Below, in pieces: positions 23,901 to 32,776 of a DNA stretch of 64,000 nucleotides. Below the pieces are notes generated by a model that was not told the DNA's origin, did not search any database, and saw only the letters and a program-made list of their open reading frames with translations. This DNA comes from Nemertoderma westbladi (Eukaryota; Animalia; Xenacoelomorpha). The translations under genes and the position numbers were made by a program. The stretch lies in contig JAUCBJ010008799.1 in the NCBI GenBank assembly GCA_032718475.1, positions 100,145-164,144 of the forward strand, in the 5' to 3' direction. The stretch's first letter is position 1. Each line of letters starts with the position of its first letter.

Positions 23901-24755
23901 TTTCATCAACAATGGATTAATAAAGGTATTTTTTTTATCCATAACATCAGAAACCTCCAACAAAACAGATTTCTTTCCTTTATTGAATTACAAGAAAAAT
24001 TCAATGTTTCCAAAAAAGACCATTTTTTCTACATGAGTGTAGTGGACGCCATTAATACTCAGTTAAGAACTGCGCTCAAAAAACAGGTACTTGGAGCTTC
24101 TGCGCCACTCTCTATGAACATAATTAACAAAGGTCGACGATCAACAAATACGGCATACAAATTATTTATAGATCAAATTGGTGAAACAAACACAGTAGCA
24201 AGTCAAAAATGGTGCTTAGAGTTACACACTGATGTAGATAAAATTTTGTGGAACAAATTTTTTCAAATGGCCAAAACAAATTCACGTGAAGTGAAAATGT
24301 GGTCCTTTCAATTCAAGTTACTGCACCGTAGGTTACCCACAAATACTTTGCTATTTAAAATAGGCATTTCATCATCAAACCTTTGTTCTTTTTGTAAAAC
24401 ACTCGAGGAAACTTATTTACATCTTTTCTGGGAGTGTGAAACTGTGAAAAAATTAATTGATGAATTTAAATTGTGGTGGTTAAAAAACACAAAACAGTCA
24501 TTAATTCTTACAAAGCTTTCAATGTTGTTTGGGTACCACACAAAAGTGCCGCCAATCATTAATTGCCTCCTACAGTTACTAAGATACTATATTTATTGCG
24601 AAAAATTCCAAAATACTCCGGCTCTACAAATGTCTGTTTTTCTACATCATGTTCGAAAAAATTTCCTTTATGAAAACTACATCGCAGTTCAGGAATCAAA
24701 AATTTACATTTTCGAGCAAAAATGGAAGCTAATCAATGATTACTTTTTAAGATAA
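20928..24755 (+). CDS. LINE ORF2p: APE endonuclease, RT and zinc finger (1275 aa, open)
   Basis: SLNCRGL, LQETH, GDFN, SDH (endonuclease); KSPGGDGF, QGCPLS, YVDD (RT); CSFC...ETYLHLFWEC. Confidence 0.95.
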   Translation: MANTPINIVSLNCRGLQKNIKRKVVFDKLTANNFDICLLQETHSSDSDCEAWSKQWKGHTVFTKKSSQSVGVAILFNENLQYKIIKKIVDPSGRFIILDVDINSTILTLVNIYNFNIDSSVLIKQIKNEMLNCFESVNVIWAGDFNCVLDITKDKFGGAPKTNEKVRCEVLETMENINLIDIYRSLHPNGISFSHRQKVFQGWVRTRKDFFLVSSSIASVTSKCGSVSGFYSDHSAVFLQFEIPNNWTNRKKGPGFWKHNNSLLTDEDYICLVKTTISDTVTEYKDNINPHLRWEMIKLNVRTKAISYGINKNKEKHKKRNRLEIEIENFHRREKFLSNSEMQSYQNAQNNLIKLEENEAQASMFRAKLQNYNAGEKPTKFFLNLEKSKSKNNTIHRLKTKRGESVTSDKEILNEAVQFYSDLYQSKKFNHCPILRDEQSSAFFTKCANLPKLDEMSKNFLDKNISELECLTALKEMSNGKSPGGDGFPTEFYKFFWTDIKKYVYESFLFSFEEQSLSVSQRQGIMSLFPKKDKIPSLIENRRPITLLNTDYKILSKALASRMKTVLVAIINSDQTGSVKGRYIGENIRRIIDTMDILDNSEQSGLVVMADFQKAFDSVEWDFLEQALKHFNFPDSFLTWFGILYNNNFKLVIQNNGYLSKSFVASRGVRQGCPLSAYLFVLAVEILAGVVRNTHEIKGLQMGNSNNIISQYVDDTNFFLQASAESLMALMEILGVFGNISGLKLNKSKTEVTWIGSMKNRASKICPQLRLKWLIPGEPFKILGILLSTNISSIECLNFPDALEKAKKIVEIWSRHKLSLLGRICIAKTLVLSKFTYLFACLENPSVNMQKNISDLLDKFIWAGKPPKLKKAVMINLYEVGGAQIPDLSTFIESQKVKWIQKLIENSHSVWKTLACTQLGDSVAKNLKWFVNLLPDDIKNIKVCKGNFWCNVLTVWCRINYAVRNGIDNDDFVNYQTIWLNSNIKIDSKPLFHQQWINKGIFFIHNIRNLQQNRFLSFIELQEKFNVSKKDHFFYMSVVDAINTQLRTALKKQVLGASAPLSMNIINKGRRSTNTAYKLFIDQIGETNTVASQKWCLELHTDVDKILWNKFFQMAKTNSREVKMWSFQFKLLHRRLPTNTLLFKIGISSSNLCSFCKTLEETYLHLFWECETVKKLIDEFKLWWLKNTKQSLILTKLSMLFGYHTKVPPIINCLLQLLRYYIYCEKFQNTPALQMSVFLHHVRKNFLYENYIAVQESKIYIFEQKWKLINDYFLR

Positions 24756-25888
24756 AATCATCAAATCTATTGCTAGTATGTTTCGATTTGTAATAGTGCG
24801 GTTTTTTTTTTCCTTTATTTTTCTGGTTTTTCTATCCTGTTCTGCGGGATTCCGAGTCCCAATAATAGTGCATTATATTATATTATATGGTGAATTATTT
24901 TCCGTCATTATGTTTATCTTACCTGCGCTACTTAAGCATTCAATACGGTAGCTATTAAGAACCTATGATGTTCTGGTTTTGTTTTTTTTTTTATTTTTTT
25001 GTCATATCCATAAGGCGCTGCTGTAGGTTAAGTGCATTTATCCACACGGTAAAATATTGAAAAAAGTCATACCGGTACTTTTTTGTTACTTTTTGTGTAA
25101 TTGCTTGCTGATTGCTTGTTGTTTAAAAATTTGTTATCTGTCGATGCGAATTTGAATTTAATTTGGACAATATATATGGACTGGAGAAGAAAAAAAAAAA
25201 ATATATATATATTGCCCAGCAACTCATTTGTAGGGCGCGACTCTTCCCCAAGAGTTGCTGCGCAATCACCATTTTTTGAGATTCGCATATTTGTTTAAAT
25301 TCCGCGCCATGCTTAGATTTTTTAGCTATTGGAGCATTGTATGGCGATTTCGGTGCTGGTCGACGAAAAACAACATCGCTCTCATCTCTCCAAATTTTGG
25401 AGCAACTACAGAACCGTACTTTTGTGTCCTTCGCTCTATTTCACCAGTCATTTCGAAAAGTTTATCACTTATCACTATTGAGAGATCGAATTTATCGTCA
25501 CTTTCTTCGCGGCCTCCCTCACCGACCCCTGTCGCGTTGGGTGAACAACTGTATGTCTGTGCGTCCTGCTTTGTTGCGTAATTCAGAAAAATGTAGGTTC
25601 ATTGAATAATTTCAGGTGTAATGTTCTGTTACCCTGTGTTTTTCTGAGCTTATCAGTATTTTGAATAACTATATTCAGTAACTATACCGATTCTGAAATA
25701 GTAAATAATTTTCGCTACAGTGTTGCAGCCGACATGTTAATTGAAAGATACAATGTTTAATAACAGTCTCTAATATTTATTTATAATAATTTAATTTAAT
25801 AATATTCAGTATGCTGAATTCAGCATACAGCTACCGGTACTATACCGGACGCAATTCTTACCAATTCTAAAGTGAAAGTAAATACTAG

Positions 25889-26494
25889 TGTGAGCGGATT
25901 CAATTCCGCCCAGCACCCCATAAAGTTGGGAAGTGGCGCCTTTTAGCAATATTGGGGATACGAGGTTAATCCCAAATTAACCTCGTATCACACACCCAAT
26001 AAACGGGGACAACAAACCCTGAAGGGCCACACAAAGGGAGGTCAGAGGTTAAACCTCCGGGAGAGGAAAGTGACAACAGCGGGGGGGGGGGGGGGGGGGG
26101 AACACTCCCACAGAGGTGAGAGCCGAGAATTAGGTTATTGGCCAATCAGAGCCAGGAAATGCATCCGCTAGGTACAAGTGCCACAAGTAATGTAGCTAAC
26201 CAATATATATTACCGGTCAATATCCATCAGTAGTTCAGTTATCTCAGTCACACAGGGCAGTACGGTGACACTTTAACACCGTCACCGCCGTCACCAAGTA
26301 ATATCATCATATCACATAATACCGGTCAACTGTGCTATCTTTTATTTCAACTTATATCGTATTCTATATCATATTATCGAACGCATATTATTAACAATAT
26401 TGGAAGAACTATAACAACAATAAACTCTTTTCATTCGCACGGCGGGGACGCGTAAATAAACCAAATCCAGTCGGGATCCCCTGATCCCGTCACA
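25889..26494 (+). repeat. 5' LTR of copy B
   Basis: TGTGAGC...GTCACA. Contains CCAAT boxes, TATATA near 26204, a TCAGT initiator-like cluster at ~26227-26249, and AATAAA at 26419 and 26455. Confidence 0.95.
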
Positions 26495-26504
26495 GTGTTA
26501 AAGT
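26495..26504 (+). promoter_or_regulatory. Non-tRNA PBS-position sequence of copy B (GTGTTAAAGT)
   Basis: Exact reverse complement of ACTTTAACAC at LTR 26270-26279. Confidence 0.75.
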
Positions 26505-29232
26505 CAAAGACAAAATTAGAGGGAGAGACGACACCGCCGTGGACCCCGGACGATACGAACGAAACGATCCGCGAGGCCGCGACGCGACGGTATCGACCCA
26601 CAACGCCGGACTCGCCAGAGAGGAACGAACTGGTAGCCCAGGCGGAGGGCGGCCGTCTACCAGAGCTGGAGGAAGAGTCGATGCACGACGGTGCACGACG
26701 TACCGATGTTGCTGGCCAGCCACAGGCCGAGGGCGACGGATGGCCCACCGGAACGGCGATGGTGGGGCCGCCGGTACGACGCCGAACCAGGAGGGGAGAA
26801 GGAGAGGTCGGCGACGAGGACGTCGGAGTCAGCGATCGGCTCTGACGGGCTTACAACGCCACGAAGAAACAGTTGAGGGAGGCCAGGGAAGGAGCGAAGG
26901 TGGACCAGGTAAAATTAGAGCAGCGACTAGGTGAGTCGAACAAACACTTTAAATACCTAGTTAGCTTCGGGCAGGGAGAACTAGCCAGTGAGAGAGCGAG
27001 GGGGGTCGCCACCGAACTATTTGAACTGTGGCGATCCGGGATTATGGAGCCCCAAATTGTGTAAATAGGGCCGTATTTAGTGGATGCCAGGGGGATTAAG
27101 TTAGTGGGTTGGGCAGACCCGCACGAGGGCGAATCCGAGATTAACCCCGAGGATTTGGTCTCGGCGGTTAGCGAGAACCCCAGAAAGCGGGGGAAAGTTA
27201 GCAGGACGGAGAGGCGACGGGAGTCCGTCACGACCGACAAGTCCGCTACATCCTCCGCAAAAGTAAGAAGGGTGTTAGAAATAGATCAGTCGTGCCAGTT
27301 GGATATGGTGGCGCTAGACCAAAAGGAATTGGAGAGGCAGTTGGAAGAGGGAACTGCGTTGTTGGAAAGAGAGAGAGAACTGGCGAGAGAGAATAAAGAG
27401 AGGGCTGAGAGGGTCGCGAGGAACTTTAGGGAATGTCAGAGGTAGAAATGAGGGAAGGAAAGGAGCGAGAAGAGCGAGAGGCGAAAGAGGCGAACAAACG
27501 CAAAGAGCGTGAGGCGGCGAGAGAGTCGAAAGAGGCGAGCGAACGTAAAGAGCGAGGGGCGAGAGAGGAGAGTGAGCATAGAGAGCGTGAAGCGAGAGAT
27601 GAGAGTGAGCGTAAAGAGCGTGAGGCGAGAGAGGAGAGTGGGCGTAAAGAGCGTGAGGCGAGGGAGGAGAGTGAGCGTAAAGAGCGTGAGGCGAGAGGTG
27701 CGACCGAGCGAAAAGAACGTGAGGCGAGACGACTTGAGAGGATTGCGAGAGAAGCGGAATTAGCTGAACGGAGTTTGCGAGAAGATAGGGAGAGAGAGAG
27801 AACGGGAAAGCGTGTGCGAGATGATATGCATGCCCGGCTGAGGGGGCTTATGCAATATCAGGCCAAACCAAAGCGCCGACTAGAACTGGCGCAGTTGGGG
27901 CTGTCAGAAAGTGAGGCTGGCTCGGGTAGTGGTTATGAGGAGCCAGAAGTTATGGAAACATTTGTTAATACCCCACTTACAGGGACTGGACGACAGACCC
28001 AAGACTGGTGTAACCGTACGGGCGGGGGGGGGGGGGGGGGGGGGGGTAATAATAATACGTTAGAGAACGTTAATATTAATAGTACCGTAGTGGATAACCC
28101 TAATCAAACTTTCATTGCAGGAAATAATATTTTGCCCGATAATAGTAATTTAAATCCGAACGACCCTAATTTAAATGTAGGAAATAATTCAAATAATCTA
28201 GATTCGAATATACAAAATAATTCCAATAATTTAAATTTAAATACGCAAATTAATCTAAATAATAATCTTAATTCGGACGAACAAAATAATCCGAATTCAG
28301 AAAACAATTCTAATAATTTAAATAATTTGGAAAATAATATTAATAATGGTGCTATTAATGTAAACGTGGCAGAGGTAGGTGGTCCGACCAGCGGGGGCCT
28401 GGTAGGCCACATAGCTAGTGTGCAGTGTGTAGAACCATTTAAATTCGATGGAAGTAGGCCGGAGGAATACCTGCAGTTTTGGCGCATGTATAGCAATGAA
28501 ATATTGACGAAGAATTTGACGCAGGCGGAGTGCCTAAAATATCTACAGGTGTATACAGTAGGCCCAGCATACGACATCGTGAGGCAGTACCAGGGCATCG
28601 AGGGCGGCTTCACGACAGCATGTCAGGTGCTAGACAGGGAGTACGGGCACCCGGCCAAGATCATCCGGCAAACCCTGAGAGGTATAACATCGGGTGGCCT
28701 ACAGGATAATCCCGTTAGCATAAAGACATTTGCGAACAAAGTCGAGAAGCGCTTATCATGTTAAAGACGCTAGACGCGCCATACGAACTCAACGCATCTA
28801 ATAACATCACCACGATAGCGCAGGGACTGCCGACCTGGCTGCACAACAAGTGGAGGAAGATCGCTTTCTCCACCCGAGAGAAGAAGGGTGCGGAACCGGG
28901 CCTAGAAGAAATGTCGAGCTTCCTGAACTACGAAGCCAAACTGATAACAGACCCAGTCTATAGCGAGGATAGCCTGGGAAAGGGGCCAAAGACCGAATAC
29001 AACAGGCCGAAACCAGAACACAACACGGCGAATGCATTGCCAAAGCTCAGACAATCGCTGCCATACGCGGCGACGCAGGGGACTGCTAGTCCACATGTAG
29101 CCGGGGGTAGGACTACACCATGGAGCGGACAGGGGAAAAATAACAACACAAATAAACATAACCCCAACACGCCCAGTAGGCCGAACCCAAACAATAAGAA
29201 CAGTAGGATATTACAGGATATAACAGTAGGGT

Positions 29233-29577
29233 ACGTGATAACCAGTCGACACGTCCCTTGGCCAGTCGCTTCACCTCCTCGACAACGTCCTTCCCGAACA
29301 CCCGGCAGATCTCCGCCTGTAGAAGATCGTCGTATAAGAAATCCTCGTGGGGTTCCTTCCGTTCTCCCGGGTGGATCTTTCGGTCGTTCCTCAAGGCGAT
29401 CTTCCACCACCGCCAGATGACGAACTCCTTGGTTACGAGTAGTTGGCAGAAATCCTTGCTCGGGGCCGGGGCCTGGCCTGTCACCTCGAACAGCGGGATC
29501 CAGGATCCGTGGTATCCCAGGGTTATCTCTGGGATTTTACTTTGGGCCGTAGATATGTGTAAATCGCCCATCGCCAT
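29233..29577 (-). pseudogene. FBXO36: Captured N-terminal fragment of F-box only protein 36
   Basis: LFEVTGQAPAPSKDFCQLLVTKEFVIWRWWKIALR...PGERKEPHEDFL...FG matches the remembered FBXO36 N-terminus (LFETVGQGPPPSKDYYQLLVT...FRWWKISLR...PGEAKETHEDFL). Truncated before the F-box. Confidence 0.8.
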
Positions 29578-29689
29578 GCTAAGTATTTATTTATTTAAAA
29601 TCGATCAATGATATAAGGAACAAAATTTAATTTGTATGTGCAAAGTATCATAAATATACTAATAAAGTTAAAGTAAAGCTTATATTGTA

Positions 29690-29785
29690 AGCTTATAAAG
29701 TAAGCTTATAAAGTAAGCTTATAAAGTAAGCTTATAAAGTAAGCTTATAAAGTAAGCTTATAAAGTAAGCTTATAAAGTAAACTT
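29690..29785. repeat. 13-bp tandem repeat (TAAAGTAAGCTTA) x ~6-7
   Basis: Seen directly, within the captured insert. Confidence 0.9.
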
Positions 29786-31879
29786 ATTCAATAATACTAT
29801 ATAACAAATTTCAGATTAATTCACTAATTTATTATGCTTTTGTTTTTACCGGTGTTTTGTGTTTCCTCATTCATCGTTAATTTATTTTACTTTACTTTAT
29901 TTTACATCTGGCGATCTGGGTAGTTTGGTAGGCCCAACTCGTTAACTAACTCCTAATAACAAACGCAAGTGCGATACGCAGCGCACTATATAAGGATGGC
30001 TATAACCCAAACAACAAATGCCAATTACACACGAACGCACTTCATCAGTCCATGAACTGCAGATATTGGCAAGCGCTACCCAGGGAAGATCAGATAGAAT
30101 ACGCGAGGAGGAACAAAGTCTGTCCTTGATGTGTGATGAGTGGACACAGAGCTAACCAATACAAGGAAACACCAATCAAGTTCGGTCAAAGCAAAGGACA
30201 GACGATGGCGACAAGCACCGTAGGGGCGAAGAAGAGAGGAACAGTACTACTCGGGGTAGTACCGGTGAGGGTGATCGGAGAAGGCGACCGATCAGTAACC
30301 ACACTGATGCTGGTCGACAGTGGAGCAGCCTTCACATTGGTCGAGAATTGGGTGGCCGAAGAGATAGGATTGAAAACGAGGCCAAGTAGAATGGCGGTAA
30401 CAACCATCTCCAGCAAAGATGAGGTCCTGGAGATGAGGACTGGACGGTGCGGGATAGCAGGGATAGCACCGGGATGCAATTATGGGGTGACGATCGACCC
30501 CATCCAGGTGATAGAGTCGATAAATATCAACGCCAGGCGACCAACCAACATCGAGGTCGAACAATGTAGATTCCTGGACATATCGACTTCTCAATACCAG
30601 AGGTGGACGTTAGGAAAGTATCCATTATAGTAGGAATGGACTGCCCGACGGCCCACGAGAGAATGCAGACGGTCTTCGGCGGAGACAGACAGTGTGACCC
30701 GGTGGCAATTTTAACACCATTCGGGTGGATGCTAACCGGCCCGATCAAAACCAATATACCATTTAGTGTGTCCGAGACTTCAGGGTGCATGGTGCCAGGG
30801 ACTGTTGAGGAGGTGGAGGATAAACCAGAAACGGGCGATAGGGGGAGACAGCTAGAAGTGGAAGCAACACCAAGAGAGTGGGCGGAGGAGAATGGCTTGG
30901 ATGCAGAAGACTTAGAGACAATGGGATGGAACAAGGATGCTCCCAGCAAGTATCGGTATGGGGATGGAGAGGAGTGGACGGCGGGATGTCCAGAGGACAA
31001 CAGTCCGGTGGAGTGTCCGGAGGAATGTCCGGAGGAGTGTCCAGAGAAGTGTCCGGAAGAGACGCCGGTCCGGTTGAGAGGTATACCGAAAAGGGGGAGG
31101 TCGAGTAAGAAGACAAGATGGAAAGGGAGAGGACGTGAGAGGATTAGACCAGGGGCAGAGAAGCCCAAGAGTAAAGGTAACAAAGAAGCCAGGAAAGTAG
31201 AAGGAGGCGTGTTGCACATGCACACGGGGCTGACAGAGTGCGAGGGGGCATGACATGGTGATACATCATGTATACCGAAGGACAACCGGGGGTCATCGAG
31301 GTCTTTAATGACAGCGCACATACTAAGGGGGAGGCCAGCAGAGGTAGTATGTAAGAATAAGGATGACATCAGGGGCAGCATTATACCGCCAAACGACAAG
31401 TTGAAGGGTGGCACTTTGCCGCCAGGGGACGACCACGAGGAGATCAGTAATACCGAGAGCAGGCAGCACTTACCAAATTTAAAGACAGGAGAGAAGGGAA
31501 GGTCAATTCCAAGAGACCTGGAATCGGCAAGGAGAGTGGGGTAGAGAATTAGAGGACCTACAGTGGGGCAGTGGGAGAGTTACCTGCTGGAAGAATGACC
31601 CCTTAGGTTGCTGAGTCGTCCAATAAGTTGGACTAAAGGGGGGCGAAGATGAAAGAGTTGGATCCGTAGAGGTGCCGGTAGGAAGTATTACCTGCTAGAG
31701 TGCGCACCGTAGAGTTTAGTCGTCCAAGTGCTGGACTGAGGGGGTGGGATTGAGGGGGAAACGCCCTTCCCACACAAATATAAAAATATAAAAAAATAAA
31801 ATAATAGAGAAAGAAAGAAAGAGAAAAGGAAAGTAATAGTACATAGTAGGTACGTAGTAAGTAAGTAGGCAGATAGAAG

Positions 31880-32280
31880 TTGGAGAGTTAGTTAGTAGTA
31901 AGAGGGTACGTAGCACCGTTAGTTAGAGAGTGGAGTTAGTTAGTTAGTAAGAGGGTACGTAGTACCAGTAGTAAGAGTTAGTGGAGTTGGTTAGTTAATA
32001 AGAGGGTACGTAGTACCGGCAGTAAGAGATAGTGGAGATAGTTAGTTAGTAAGAGGGTACGTAGTACCGGCAGTAAGAGTTAGTGGAGTTAGTAAGAGGG
32101 TACATAGTACCGTTAGTAAGAGTTAGTGGAGTTAGTTGGTAAGAGGGTACGTAGTACCGGTAGTAAGAGTTAGTGGAGTTAGTTAGTAAGAGGGTACATA
32201 TAGTACCGTTAGTAGTAAGAGTTAGTAGAGAAATTAGTAAGAGGGTACGTAGTACCATTAGTAGTAAGAGTTAGTGGTAG
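31880..32280. repeat. Tandem hairpin array in copy B (~8 units of ~45-50 bp)
   Basis: Core AGAGGGTACGTAGTACC with GTTAG-rich spacers. Confidence 0.9.
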
Positions 32281-32776
32281 GAGGATATGTAATATATAGT
32301 ATACAGTAAGATTTAGTAAGAGTTAGTAGAAATTAGTTAGTAAAGTTAGTAGTGAGTAGCGAGAGGGGGGCACGTGGGTACAGCTGGATAGATCATGTAG
32401 GTCACACGAGACATACTGCTTTACTACACAAGCCCATAGAGTAGGCCAGAATATGGATTAGAATAGAAAAATCCATTAGTAAATAGAATAGCACAGATGT
32501 AGGATTAAAATAAATATTAAAAAATTAGAAGTTAGACAAATTATGGTAACAGTAGGGAAAATATTCCAGAATATAATTAAAGTAACGGACAAAATTACGA
32601 AATTTAGAAGAAATTAGCACTTTTAGAAAATAAGGTAGGAAAATTAGGCAATAACCTGACATTCAGAGAGAGATAGGCCATTATCGGACCGCACAGACCA
32701 TCCTAACTACATCACTCACTTATATTGTGCCTTGGCAAGGCCCCACCTCATAGGTGAGCAATCGGGAGAGTTCGAA

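Larger units (their letters stand above)
18563..25200 (+). mobile_element. Full-length L1/Tx1-clade LINE
   Basis: ORF1, an 842-bp spacer, ORF2, a T-rich 3' UTR and an A-run ending at 25200. Weak candidate TSD ATATTGC (18556-18562 and 25209-25215); ends are approximate. Confidence 0.88.
26495..31712 (+). pseudogene. gag-protease and degenerate pol remnant of copy B
   Basis: Fragmented ORFs homologous to A and C. Gag ATG missing, internal deletion near 28420, insertion at 29208-29958. Ends LLECAP* (C ends FLEGAP*). Confidence 0.9.
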
